From Octopus vulgaris (Eukaryota), in the NCBI GenBank assembly GCA_951406725.2, contig OX597821.1, positions 44,950,001 through 45,014,000 on the forward strand: a DNA stretch of 64,000 nt, read 5' to 3'. This document shows, piece by piece, positions 49,661 through 63,354 of the stretch. Numbering within the stretch: position 1 is the stretch's first letter; the number at the start of each line of letters is the position of its first letter. Both the position numbers and the translations under genes were made by a program. The notes below the pieces were generated by a model. It worked only from the letters and a program-made list of their open reading frames with translations, was not told the origin of the DNA and did not search any database.

Positions 49661-51420
49661 TAGTTCAAATTTACAGAAAACAAAAGACAAAGACAAGCAG
49701 GTATATTAGTTTAACACTAGGGAAGAATAGAGAAGTCTCTTACTTTTCGAGCCTACACTCTTCGACAGAAAAGATTAAGAGGGAAAAATATGGAGAGAGA
49801 ATGAAAAAAAAAAAAACAGAAAAAAGAGTTCAATGGTCCAACACGACAAGATGACTGGAAAAAGAGGCTGAATGAAAGGGAGATAATAATAACGGTAATG
49901 GTGACCCCACCCAACGAACTAAGGTGTGCAAGTGCATGTGTGTATGTGAGAATGGTGTGTGTGTGTATGTGTGAACGGGAGTAAGTGTGTGTGTATGTAT
50001 GTGTGGGCAAGTGTATGCATGCGTATGGATGTGAGTATATGTGTGAGTATGTATATGGAGGTGTGTTTGTGTGAGGCTAATGTGTGTATGTGTGTCTGTG
50101 ACCAAATAGTGTGCATGTGTATAGTATATGCTTGTGGACGAAAGCTATATGTGTCTATGCGTGTTGTATGTGTGTGTATATATTGTCTGTGGAGGCGCAA
50201 TGGCCCAGTGGTTAGGGCAGCGGACTCGCGGTCGTAGGATCGTGGTTTCGATTCCCAGACCGGGCGTTGTGAGTGTTTATTGAGCGAAAACACCTAAAGC
50301 TCCATGAGGCTCCGGCAGGGATGGTGGTGATCCCTGCTGTACTCTTTCAACACAAATTTCTCTCACTCTTACTTCCTGTTTCTGTTGTACCTGTATTTCA
50401 AAGGGCCGGCCTTGTCACTCTCTGTGTCACGCTGAATATCCCCAAGAACTACGTTAAGGGTACACGTGTCTGTGGAGTGCTCAGCCACATACACGTTAAT
50501 TTCACGAGCAGGCTGTTCTGTTGATAGGATCAACTGGAACCCTCGTCGTCGTAACCGACGGAGTGCTTCCATCCATATATTGTCTGTGTTCAGGTATTGT
50601 GTACTTGTGTGTGTGTAGGAGTGTGCTGAGTTAAACAGTATGTGGGGTTGCTTGTATAGTGGTATATGTGGCTATACTATTGAAGATTGTGTGTGGATAA
50701 TGGTGTGTGGTGTAGGTGCTGAGAAGTGTTTGGTGCTTGTGTGCTTGGAGTGGGAAGGTGTTTGTGAGAGTGTGTGAAGTGAGTAATGAGTTGGACAGTG
50801 TATATAGGTGTCTATATAGTGGTGTGTGTATAGTGAAGGTACCAAGGTAGGTTGTATGCAGATGTGTTGGTGGAGGGAGGGCAGTTAAATGTGGGACATG
50901 TGTGGGGTTGGTGTCAGATACAGAGAGGTAGTGAGTTGAGTGAAGGTGGCAATCCAGGTAGCCTCTGTGCAGAGACAGTCTCAACACAGACAGATGTAGC
51001 AAATGACCAGTAGAGTAGAAGTGGTGTGAGACCGGGATGTTATTGTCAAGTCTGATGTCTCGGAGGTGCTCCACAAACTGGTCAGCCAAGTGGCATCCCA
51101 TTTGACCAATGTACAGGGAAGGACAAAGAGAGCAGGAGATGCAGTAAACAATATTACTAGAGGTGCAGGTAAAGGAGTTGGTGATGCGATAGGGATGGTG
51201 GTGGGTGCCAGTGGTGGTGTTGGAAAAGTAGGGGCAAGTGCGACAGTGTGGGTGAGAGCTGGAAAAGGAGCCAGGCTGGGAGGCAGGAAAGAAATGAGGA
51301 CCAGGTCAAACAGGTTATGGGTTCCTTTGAAGGAGGGAAGGTGTATGATGCTGAGGGATTGGACTAGAGTCACCAGAAAGCTCAGAGAATGGTGCATTGG
51401 AGGGGTACCATTATTTTGCT
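49661..51420 (-). mobile_element. Penelope-like element 3' part: GIY-YIG remnant, (CA)-rich spacer, terminal repeat with hammerhead-like motif (~49736-49773)
   Basis: Minus strand FTCTSSNIVYCISCSLCPSLYIGQMGCHLADQFVEHLRDI...PVSHHF; downstream ctgtcgaagagtgtaggctcgaaaagtaagaga. Confidence 0.8.
50191..50574 (+). mobile_element. Full-length young tRNA-derived SINE (OR-like) with 13-bp TSD
   Basis: A-box tggcccagtgg, B-box gtttcgattcc; TSD ATATATTGTCTGT at 50178-50190 and 50575-50587. Confidence 0.93.
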
Positions 51421-53624
51421 AAAATATTGACACACTAGAATATGTAAAAAATGAGAACCAGAAGTACCAATATAGTTAAAGGTTTATGCAAAGTAGAATA
51501 GTATATATGGTAGGAAAATTCATTATGTAAAAAAATAGGCATTGGGTCAAGACTAAAAATGTGAAAACTTGGCAATAATCCAAGCAAATTTTACTGAGAA
51601 TTTGTTGTTATTGGTAGCTTTTACTTTAATATATAACTAATTTTTGTATTATTCTATTTGTTGTACTAATTATTGTACTAATTAAAGTGCAAAAAATATT
51701 TTGGTTGAATTTTTTTTTTAATTTTTAATAAAAGTAACAAGTAATAGCAAATAGAAATAATAATTTGTAATAAAAGTTTTAGTTTTAATAAAAGCTATTT
51801 TTTCTAAATCTAAATATTTTATTTGAAATTTTATCATTAGCTACAATATTTTAAGTAAAAATTTTCTTGTTCTGTACTTTACCAGATGTAATAACTTGTC
51901 CTGAAAATGTAATAACTTGTCCTGTACTTTTCCAGGTTTACAATCTTAAGAAAATTATTTGTTTTGCCTGCATTTTTCCATGTAATCCAAAGTATATTTA
52001 CTGTTTCTTTCTCCTCCTCTGTGGTACCTGAAGCACATTAAAGTCCTTTTGTTTTAGGACAACACACACACACACACACACACATGCATGGAAAGTTGCA
52101 AATTTACATAGAAATAGCTTTTTATGGCTAAATAATGAAAAACAAATGTGCCATCATTATTCTGCTCCATAACATATGTAAAAATTTCTTACTAAATAGG
52201 TCGACTGAAGTCTACTGCATTCAGGTTCAAAAGTACAACAAGCTAATTTTACAGTTAATCATATTTCTCTGTGTTATGTTCTAACACCCTTAGTCCTAAC
52301 TCCTGAAGGAATGTTCTGTTTAAGAGCTCTATTATACTTAATTTGTCTGCATCAGCTAATAATGACAATTTTCTATTTTCTCACCATGACGTCTACATAT
52401 CCATACTATATCTGTTTTGTCTTTGGAAATCAGTAATTTCTTATGGATTCTTACAGCACATAATCTTTTGTCTATTGCACAACCTTAGAAAGAAATGAGG
52501 CTAACTTGTCAGCTGGATGTGTAATGTCAGTGTACATAAACAATGAAGCACAAATATGTTGAGAGAAAAAAAAATTGGATATAAGAAGTATCAGATGTAG
52601 TATGCGAGAAAAGAGAACACTATAGTGGTATATATGGAGGACAGTTATATAAAGAAGTGCTGGGCACTCAAAGAAGTTGTAACTTGTGGAAGACAGAAAC
52701 TCAGGAAGATACCCAATGAAGTGGTGAAGACTGATCTCACGATGCTGAGCCCCACAAAGAAGATGATAAAGGATTATGGCAACTGGCAACACATAGCATC
52801 TGAGAAAACTTGCTTACCTGTGCAAGCATGGCATACCAAATATTAAAATGATAGTGATCAGAGCTGGGATACCCAAATATTTTCACTGTGACGTCCCCAC
52901 ATGCTGTTCCTTCCTACCTACAATTGGTCCTATTGCTCAACATATATCTGTTGACCTTCTGTCTACTCATTGATACCTTTTCATCATTTTATCACTAATC
53001 TCTTTGTTGACTATCCTCTCTCCTATCCATCAAACTCTCACTCTCTTTCTCCCATCATACTCTTTGATACTCTCTCATATTTCTGTCAATAATCTGTCAC
53101 CCTCCCTCTCTTACCCTCTCTTATATCTTTTGGCTGGACCTTCACTTTGTCGCTCCCAATTTATACTCTTGTTCCCCACTCTCTGCCATTCACCTTTTTG
53201 GTTATGTTGCATGAATGAATGGTGAAATCATAAAGCAGCAATGACTCTTTAGTCTAGTGAATCATAAGATGACCGGATTAGTACTAGTGCCACAATAAAA
53301 TGCATTCAGTATACTCTGTAAAGTAGTTAAGAACCAGAAACAACAAGATATTGAGAAACACCTGCAATCTGTTTAAAGATATGTCTGCCTTTCAAGTGTA
53401 GGTGCCATGACAAATTGTACTTTGTGGCTGTTGGACTTGGTATCCAACCATGGAAACCATGCCAAAATTAGCAAAATGTGCAAAAACGTGGTCCTTTAGC
53501 TTGTTTGCACAGGCAGTAACTCTAGATAAGAAATATGTCAGATTATGATGATCCATCCAACTTATGCCAGCATAGAAAATGAATGTAAAATGATGATGAG
53601 AATGATGATGATGATAATGATGAT

Positions 53625-53659
<35 letters not shown>

Positions 53660-53842
53660 ATGCAATTTTGAGGAACACTATACACAGATCGCCTGGCCTC
53701 AATACAAGATCAATTTTATCAGGATCAAGGCATTTTTTAAGGTGGGAAGTCTTAATATATTACTAATACTAATTTTCTGTACACTAAAAAAATAAAATGA
53801 AAATTTATTCTGATAAAAGAGATTTCAGTAGATTTCAGTATC

Positions 53843-53896
53843 TATAGCCCTGAAGATGATTTTTACGTTTTTAGAATCAGAAAACCAGTCACTGTA
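53843..53896 (+). ncRNA. Degenerate type-I hammerhead-like motif
   Basis: tatagcc-CTGAAGA-TGATT...AATCA-GAAAACCAGTC-actgta. Confidence 0.45.
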
Positions 53897-54627
53897 TTGT
53901 AACAAAAGCCTGTTTTTTGATATTTTGGGAAAAAAAATCATCATCATTAGTGTGCTGGAACAGTAAAAAAACTAGAAAAAATCACATTTTTTTTTGTAAA
54001 AGTGATTATAACATTTTTTCAAGGCAGAATTTCAAAAAAAGGCCTCTGAAGCTACTATTATAAGGAAGGTTTCCTCAAAATTTCAAGCAAATTTATAGAG
54101 TAGATTTTCTGAAAAGAGCTTTGAAATTTTGAGAGGTACCCATTTTGAGAAAATTGCCTGTAAAGATTAGAAACACAAATGTCAGCTTCTGCCTCTGTTT
54201 TGGAACAATCTATGGATGATTCTGATGATTAGCTTAGAACTCTCTGGTTCATGCTACTTAATGAGCCCATATTAGCTTCCCTCTACATATATTTTGTCTT
54301 GCTTCATCTCTATTTGCCATAATTTCCTAATTTTCTGGTGGATTATCCCATCGGAAGAGTGAGTTTGGCCATCACATTTACATTATGATGGGGGAAGTCA
54401 TGGTCATCTGATGTGTTGGACCAATCAACAGGCATCATTCGCTGAGTGTAGCCGAAAAGGAGGCTCGATGTATATTTGCTTGTTCATTATGGGTTGATTT
54501 TCTGGCTTTTTAAATCAGAGAGTTCCATTGTTTCATCATCTTATGCTAATGAGGGTAGAGTAGAGGTCTGTAGCTGTCTACTGGGGGGGTGGAATATAGC
54601 AAAAATGGCGGATTTATGATGTGTTGT

Positions 54628-57317
54628 CAGTGCTCAACCAGTGACTATTTTTGTGTGTAATACATCAAAAATTGATGATTTCCAGCCAGACATGGTCTCA
54701 TAAAACATCAATTTTAGGTAGGAAGACATATTTTTATTGTTTTGTTGTGTTTGTACATGAAAGAGAAGGCTTTGAGGACTGAAAGACACTGTCATCTCAA
54801 TATAGACAATCCTACCCAAAACTATCATATTGATATTTCGTGATCCTTCACAGTGGATGAATATTTGAAAAGGAAGCATATTAGTGACGAGTCTAAGTCC
54901 AGAGGCGAACAACCATCAACCTCTATTGTCAAAAAGAGAAACATTAATCGACAATATTGTGAAAACTATTTGAAATTTGGATCTTATTGGTCTGGTGATG
55001 TTGACAAACCAAGTCTATCAAGCATAATGTGCGGTAAAACCATGTCAAATGAATTCATGGCACCAATCAAAATCACATTCGCTGGCATCCGTACTAGCGG
55101 GGTGCAAAGAGCACCATATGAGCATGATCGTTGACAGAACGGCTAACCAGCTTCCGTGCCAGTGGCACATAAAAGGCACCATTCAGGTGTGATCGTTACC
55201 AGCATCACCTTACTGGCACTTGTGCCCGTGTTAGTAGGGTGCCAAGAGCACCATCCGAGCGTGATCATTGCCAGAGCAGCCAACTGGCTTCCGTGCCGGT
55301 GGCACATAAAAGGGCACCATTCAAGCGTGGTCGTTACGAACATCGCCTTACTGGCACCTGTGCTGGTGGAATGTGTAAAAAGATTTGAGCAAGGTCGTTG
55401 CCAGTACTGCCTGACTGGCCAACGTGCCGGTGGCACATAAAAAGCACCCACTACACTCTCGGAGTGGTTGGTGCTAAGAAGGGCATCCAGCTGTAGAAAC
55501 TCTGCCAAATCAAGATTGGAGCCTGGTGCAGTCATCTGTTTCACCAGCCCTCAGTGAAAATCGTCCAACTCATGCTAGCATGGAAAGCGGATGTTAATCG
55601 ATGATGATGATGATGAAGTAAGTTAGAAAGACATTTTAATTCAAAACATTCATCTCTGAAAGATAAAAAGTTTGATTACTTTCAAAGACTGTCAGAGCAG
55701 AAATCAAAACAGTGAAGTTATTTTGCGAAAAATAATGACCGTATCTGAATGAGCCCAGCTAGTGTCAATTCAGGTGGCTGAAATAATAGCATTAGCATCT
55801 AAATCCCACATGCTTGCTGAGTCAGTCATCTTCCCAACTTGCAAAAAGATAGTAAAATTCATGTTTGGTGAATAAGCTGAGAAGGAATTGAACAATATCC
55901 CTGCTTTCAAATGATACAATACGTAGAAGAATCCTAGATATTTCGAAAAATATTGAAGACAATGTTCAGAAAAAGCTTAAGAATTCTAATTTTGTTTTAG
56001 CCATAGATGAATCCACTGACATCAGCATTAAAAGTCAATTGCTTGCATTTGTACATTTTATTGACGAGAATGAAATAATCAATCAATTTTTGTGCTGTAA
56101 AGAAATGTCCACAACTACCAGATTCCAAGATATTTTTGAATTTGTCTTGGAGATCCTGTGTTATCATTTGCACCAATGGAGCCCCATGCAGGACAGGCTG
56201 TATTAAAGGATTTGTATCCTTTGTAGAAAAAGAAAATCCAAATCTCATTTGTACTCATTGTTTTCTACATAGAGAAGTTCTTGTTTCAGAAATATCGCAG
56301 GAAGATTTCAAGGTTGTGTTACATTAAGTTGTTGGAATGGTCAATTATATAAAAAGTAGGCCATTGAACTCATGATTATTTGAACAATTTTGCAAAGAGA
56401 TGGACTCTCAGCATGTTAAATTATTAATGCACACTAAGATTCACTGGCAGTCGAAAGGCAAAGTACTAAATCGTATTCACGAACTGATCAAGGAATCGTT
56501 TTTTTCCAGAGAAAGCAAGAGAAATACCTTAGTTGCAAATTTTGGATGTCTAAAATGGAATACTTAACAGAAATATTTAGTGAAGTAAATAAAACAAACA
56601 GTAGTATGTAAGGTAAAAACGAAAATATTCTCACTTCAACAGACAAGTTAGTTGTCTTCAAAAAGAAAACTGTGATTTGGGAAAAAAGAGCAAGCATTGG
56701 TAATCTATATATATTCCCTTTATTGCGTTCTACCTGCATTAGAGAAATGATCCCTATTGTGGTTACTCATCTGACAGCCCTGGATGAAAGCATCAACAAT
56801 TACTTTCCATTATTAAAGACAGAAAAGTATGATTGGATTAGAGATCTTTTCATAAATCATTCTTCTAACATTGAACTTGAGTTACAGGAAGGAGAAGAAT
56901 TGGCCACCCTTTCTAGTGATCAAGGGTTAAAGTTAAAACATTTGACTCTGCCCATTGATTCATTTTAGATTTCAATTCAAGAGGAGTATCCCATATTATG
57001 TAAAAGAGCTTTAGCAATTTTATTACAATTTTAAACTTCTTATATATGTGAATTAGGCTTTTCAACATTAACCAACATCAAAAACAAGAAGCATGAGAGA
57101 TTATGTACGACAAAAGAAGAAATGAGGGTGTGTCTGTCTCATATTCGACCAAACATTGAGGAAATAATGAATAAAAGATATACAGAAAATTCTCATTAAA
57201 GAAGCCAACTATTTTGCAAAATTAAAATACTTTTCACATATATTTAGCCAGGTGTGCCGCTATTTTCCCATATGTTTTAAGGTGTGCCATTGGCAAAAAA
57301 ATGGTTGAGAACCACTG
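54628..57317 (+). mobile_element. Decayed hAT transposon, Buster family (ZBED5/SCAND3-like transposase pseudogene)
   Basis: RQYCENYLKFG, MAPSKLERHF..KH, DESTDIS, THCFLHRE, KSRPLN, YICELGFS; 3' TIR GGTTGAGAACCACTG followed by atcTAaac. Confidence 0.9.
55066..55616 (+). mobile_element. RTE LINE 3' UTR (about 6 tandem units) inserted into the hAT ORF
   Basis: Removing it rejoins ATGGCACCA|AGTAAGTTAGAAAGACAT (MAP-SKLERH). Confidence 0.88.
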
Positions 57318-57956
57318 ATCTAAACTATATGATAGTCAACTTAATGTTCATGCACTAATTCATATGAAACTTATTACTGTTTTTTTATATCTGTTTTTCA
57401 TTATTCTTTATAGCTTCACTCTCACCTTATGTGGTAGTTATTGATGTTGTTAGCTTTTGTTAAGCATACTTCTGATTGATCTTCAGAAACTCCTAACTCA
57501 GCATACTGTCATAGTCTGTTTGGTTTTGTGGGGTAGATTGTGACACTAGGGGAACTTACAACTCATTTAGTTCTCAATCTAGTCCTGAACAATGAGTAAT
57601 GGCCACAGCTAACATGTAATGATTTCCTTTCAGTAGATATAAGCCAAAAAGTTAGATTTGGGACTTAGAAGTGATGTTGGAGTCATGATTACGTCTTTGA
57701 TTTCAGCATTAAAGGAAAGAAAAAGACAGTAGGTCATTTTGAAACAGTGTTTTCCATGTAAGTGTTTTCAAACCTTAGGACAGCCATGATCAAAAGAGTT
57801 GATTGTTATTTGTTACTGTTTAGTTCCAAGTTAGTTCTAATTGTAAATACCTGATAATCCAGTCTTTTATTATGACATAGTGTGATACATTATCTAATGT
57901 GCCATTTTTTAAAACAATAGGATGAGGTTTGAAGGTGATTTGGCCTGGTATGGTGA

Positions 57957-58675
57957 TGTAGCTGTTTCTGCTTTAGCTTGAAGGATATTGGTGTCAGATT
58001 TCCATAGATGTTACTAAGTGTTGGGTGCGATCTCCAATTAATGTTCTGTATCTTTCTGAGCAGGTTTGTATATGTTCCATCTAGTTGTTTCTCTAAGAGA
58101 GCCGATAAGGTCCAGTTCTCTGATCCATAGAGAAGGACTGGCTCAATCAGTGTTCTAAATATTTTAACTTTTAACGTAGGTGGAAGGTTTGAGTGCCAGA
58201 TCTTATCAAGTCTGTTACATGTTTCCCAAGCAAGAGCTTTGTGGATGCGAGTGTCCTTTTGGGAGTCTACTCTGTGTGATCCAAGATATTTGAAGTCATC
58301 AACGTTTTTGAGTGATATACTACTGAACGATTTAAGTTTGGTTACCTTGGGGGAGGTCATGATAAACTCTGTCTTACTCTTGTTGCAGTAAAGACCGACC
58401 TGGTTTGCTGCTTTCTCCAGTGCTTTTTCCAATATCCCTCAAGCTAAAGCAGAAATGGCTACAATTTGCTGGCCACTGTCATCAAGCAGAGAAAGAGGTT
58501 GTCTCATCCCTGCTCCTATGGCATCCCTCTGACATTTCCAGATACTATATCTTAGGATTCAGGGTTCAATATTAGAGATCTGAACACAGCAATGCAGGAC
58601 CGTGTAGTGTGGGAAGGGATTGTCAATGGACGTTCCAACCAGCCTATGGTTGGTCGAAGGATGATGATGATGATG
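57957..58675. mobile_element. RTE-group LINE 3' part with 5' inversion (57957-58428 minus; 58429-58675 plus) and (GAT)n tail
   Basis: Minus: VDDFKYLGS, LLYGSENW...KLKQK. Plus continues KLKQKWLQFAGHC...AMQDRVVW. Confidence 0.85.
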
Positions 58676-59983
58676 CAGCATTTCAAACTTAACAAAAGTG
58701 GCCCTTGTTTTGTGGTTATTAGGACATCTCTGGAGGGCAACTTGGCGGTTTTTATACAAGAACTCCCACATTAGTTGACTGTTTCACTAACTGCACCACA
58801 ACTCCTTCTCTGACTTATGGAAGTAGAAATTATGTGTGTGTGTATATATACACACACACCTACACACACACACATGCATGCAGACAGACAGACACACACA
58901 CACACATACATACATAAGCACATTTTCTTTTTTTACTTATTCATAGAAAGGAAAGCAATATCCAAGACCCTTTTTTAATGTCTCTGAGATTGTATGGAGG
59001 AAACAAATTATCAGACCTGATTTGCATAGTTGCAACAGAGTAAACTCTGCTACAGGTACCCAAGTGTCAGGTCGGGGTGTTAAATTGAGCCCAAAAATAC
59101 AACTTCTACCTAACAAAGACAAACAATACCTCCCATAGGTTTCGATAGTTTCCAATCTAACAAATTTCCCTCACTCATCAACAAAAACACCAACATTCCT
59201 AATCTATTAGAAAGGAGAGCATGGCATCAGACTTGTTTGTTGACTAATATCTAACTGGTATTCATTAATCATGGAAAAATTAAAAGGCGAAGTCAACCAC
59301 AGTGGGACTTGAACTCAAAATTTAATGGTATGAATGTAAATATGGTACTACATTTATTTCCAGTGTTCTGCTGGTTCTGCCATTCACTGTCCCACCTCCT
59401 AAAATATCCCTACATAATCACAGATGCAGCAAAAGACTTCATGTCAAGAAGGTGCTAAAGTAACTCTTTTTAACTATTGAGAATAGCCCGATATAAAGGT
59501 TCCATTGTTAAGGAACTCAAGTTATTTTTAGTTATACAGATGTATGAGAAGGACTGCCATACTATGAGAGGAAAATAATAGCATTGTTTAATTACAAGAG
59601 ACTGATGTATTTCTGATGGCAAGAGTGATAAAGGACTGTTTGTGTAGAATACATATCACAAACAATTTCATTAAAAAAAGGACCAGTTGTTCAGTTTCCT
59701 TGCTGATGTATTCACATTTTGCTCAGTGAAAGTTGTAGACACACACAAACACAAACACAAACTATGTTGGTCCTGTGAAGAACATTTTCTTCTCAGTCAC
59801 CTGAACTACTGCTCCCCGTTATCATTACCATAGAGCGTTAAACAAACAGCTGAGCTTGAAACACTCCAACACAGTTACAAGAAGATTGCCTCAGTGCAAT
59901 AGATGAACTATGAGGAGAGAGAGAGTAAAAGAATGGAGGCTCTACTCCCCAGAGAGAGGATATGAAGGATTTGCAGTGATATA

Positions 59984-60834
59984 CAAAAGTGTCCCAAAAG
60001 TCACTGATGGGTTTCAATTTTTAATAACTTAACTTTATAAATGTTGATACAATATAAAGGACATAACAGAAATTAATATGCACAAGGCAAATTTTGCAAC
60101 ACCACTACATTACATATGAAAAATGACATTGCTTAAATGGCAGCCACTTTCAGTTTCACATGCCTCTGCTCTTTCCAAAACTTGCACCATAACACCCTGA
60201 AGAGTTTCAGACCCCACTTCACTGATTTCTCTATTGATGTTCTCCTTCAGTTGCACCAGGGTCACTGGTTTGTTGACGTAACCCCTCTCTTTCAAGTATC
60301 CCCACAAGCCAGGGGAACCTGAAGGCCAATTGACATTGCCGTAGCAGGAGATTATTCTCTCTCCAAAGCACTGTCTTAGCAACTGCATTGTTTCTCTTGC
60401 GGTATGAGCAGTTGCTCCATCTTGCTAAAACCATGTATGAAGTCTACTTTGAATGGCCTTCACGTTCACCAAACTTGACTAGCCTGGATTTTTTCTGGTG
60501 GGGATACCTGAAAGAGAGAGCTTACATCAACAAACTAGTGACCCTGGTGCAACTGAAGGAAAACATCAATAAAGAAATCAGAGAAGTGGGAACTGAAACT
60601 CTTGAGGGTATTATGGTGCAAGTTTTGGAAAGAGCACAGGCATGTGAAACCGAAAATGGCTGCCATTTAAGCAATGCCATTTTTCATATGTGATGTGGTG
60701 GTGCTACAAAATTTGACTTGTTCATATTAATTTCCATTATGTTCTTCATATTGTATCAAAATTTCATGCATTTATTTGTAAAGTTAAATAAGTTATTATG
60801 AATCGAAACCCTCAGTGACTTTTGGGACACCCTG
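59984..60834. mobile_element. Palindromic Tc1/mariner (DD41D) derivative made of two 3' halves, TA TSD
   Basis: TA|CAAAAGTGTCCCAAAAGTCACTGA ... TCAGTGACTTTTGGGACACCCTG|TA; both arms encode WGYLKER...CHLSN. Confidence 0.9.
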
Positions 60835-60839
60835 TATAT

Positions 60840-61150
60840 CTGGAAGATCACTTTGGGAATGAAAGCTATACCAATACCAAACTAGAGACAACTACATAGA
60901 ACCAAAGATCCTACTTTCTTTATCTAGAGTAAGGACCCATACTGTAATATCTTAGGATTCACGGGCCACAGCTTTTAAACACCTTACCAAAATTTTTTAT
61001 TTAAATCAGATATCTACAAGGCACAGATATAGATTTGTTCAAAAGAACACTTAGACAAGTTTTAATCTGAGATACTAGATGAACCCACAACATAGCAACA
61101 AACATATATGAAGGTAGTGTTGTCCAGCCCCCTCATTCACTAAAACAAAA
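60840..61150 (+). pseudogene. CR1-like LINE ORF2 extreme C-terminus, decayed
   Basis: YCNILGF..., DLFKRTLDKF..ILDEP pattern. Confidence 0.5.
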
Positions 61151-61259
61151 CATGAAAAGATGGTCATAGAAACAAAATTAATTAAACTAATAATCATACA
61201 AACAACAGTGCCTCTGGTGGAAACAAGGAGCCAATAAAAAAAAAACACCTCATAGATCT

Positions 61260-61630
61260 ATGAGATGTAGCTGTGGATGCATTCAAATAACAAAATTCTT
61301 ATCTGAGATAACAAATGAACTGACATCATTGCAAGAAATGCAAATGAGGGTGACATTGACCCACTTCCACATTCAAAAAGGCAAATATGAAGAAAAGTTT
61401 GTAAAAATGACATGAAATGATCACGCCAATGCTGGTGCCCCATTGACATAAGGAATACTGGTGGGACATTCCCATCAAAATATCTAAGTAGAACCATAAC
61501 AGGCCAGAAACTGTTGTTTGGGACAGACAATAAAAAGTATGTACCTTCATTGAGGTCAGCTGTCCTGTTGAAGTGAATATCTCTTCCAAAATCAAAGAGA
61601 AAGAAGATAACTATGGAAAACTGCTTCAAA
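61260..61630 (+). pseudogene. R4/Dong-like non-LTR restriction-like endonuclease fragment
   Basis: YWWDIPIK...HNRPETVVWD...FIEVSCPVEVNISSKIKEKEDNYGKL with stops. Confidence 0.7.
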
Positions 61631-62802
61631 ACCACCAGCTTCTGGATAAGCAGTGTTTTCAGGAAAAGAAATCAACCAACTAATTCACACATTACAAATA
61701 TAATCAGTAAAAATATGCAAGACATTTTTCAAGCTTAAAATAGGACACTGTTTTGTTATCTACCTTCCAATGATGGAGCTTTTTGTATTTTGGCCAAAAA
61801 ACAGGTTCCTTCCTCAGAGAAAGAATTTAAATTATTAAAAACAGGAGAGAATGAACATACATACATATATTTCTGTGTGTGTTTGTGTCTTTGTGTTTGT
61901 CCCCTACCACCACCACTTGACAACCAGTGCTGGTTTGTTTACATCTCTGTCACTTAGTGGTTCAGTATGAGAGACAAATAGAATAAGTTTCAGGCTCAAA
62001 AAAAAAAAAAAAAAATAGCAAGTGCTAGAGGGTTGATTCATTTAACTAAAACCCTTCAAGGTGGTACCCTAGCTTGGCTACAGTCCAATGGCTGAAACAA
62101 TTAAAAGATAAAAGAGTAGCAACATGAGCATCAGTTACTGTTGCACTAATAATATTCCAGTATGTTATGATTTATTTTACTATTCTCATTTCCATTCTCT
62201 CTCTCTTTCTATGAATAACAACGTGTCTGTTTTGTTTTCCCCATTCTTGAAATACTTGATTATTTTCTCTGTTTATTATTTTCCTTTTATGCTATCATAA
62301 TATATTTAGGAAAAAGGCTATTGCTAAGTTTCAACAGCATTTACCATTATATCTGATTCTGAAAAAATGAAACTGTTATGCAATCTGTCAGGTGATTTGA
62401 AATATACAATAGAAGTTCAATTTTCACTGGATTTTTTTGTTTTATGTAATTACTGCATTTTATATCTTCCACTCAATTACCTCTTCCATATTTTATACTT
62501 AACTACCTAATTATGTCAAACAATATTAATAATTAAAATAGCAGAACTGAAATAAGTTTAATATTATAAAGACCCACTGTTGGCATAATAAGAATGTAAA
62601 ACACATTCTTTTTATATTGTTGACATGTGGGTAAAAGAAGGAGAGGTTTCCACTCACAACAAGGTTTTGTAATATTTAAATATATTACATTTCTGATTAA
62701 CACTTTGTTGTGCATGAATAGCGATTACTTAATTTAGTGTTTATACATTTAATGTGCTAAGAATGGCTAGGTGTGGCTTTGTGATATATACGAGCATGTG
62801 TG

Positions 62803-62871
<69 letters not shown>

Positions 62872-63354
62872 TCATCATCATTTAATGTCTATCTTCCATG
62901 CAAGCATGGGTATATATATATATATATATAATGAAACAGGAAAATGGAAATTTTTCAGTATTATTTATTCTCCATTATCTTTCATTTGCTAATAGGAAGT
63001 ACAAAAGTATATGTGTGTGTGTGTGCATGCATACATGCATATGCTCATGTGTGTGTTACTGTCATGCAAGTGGTGTTCTTCATGTCCAATCATACATGGA
63101 AACATGTCTGTTGATGGAGAAAAAGAACCTTACTTGGGAGCAAGTGAAAGTTGGTGATAGGAAGGGCTTCTGGTTGTAGAAAATCTATCACAAAAATTCT
63201 GACCTATGTGAGCATGCTAAAGTGAATATTAAAATGATGATAATGAGCATCAGTACTATATGTGGGTGTATATATATATAATACAGCTATTGTGAGTGAA
63301 CCAGCTAAAGGACATAGAACAGAAAGCATTTGTTGTATATAGGATATGCAACAA

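Noticed and set aside
50191-50265. Genuine tRNA gene
   Set aside because: The tRNA-like head continues into a SINE body with tail and 13-bp TSD; the same applies to 8048, 16181, 39786 and 47752
54853-57199. Domesticated ZBED/SCAND3-like host gene
   Set aside because: Many stops and frameshifts, a LINE insertion and a retained TIR indicate a dead transposon
61258-61635. 125-aa minus-strand ORF as a host exon
   Set aside because: It is the antisense of a recognisable R4-like endonuclease remnant
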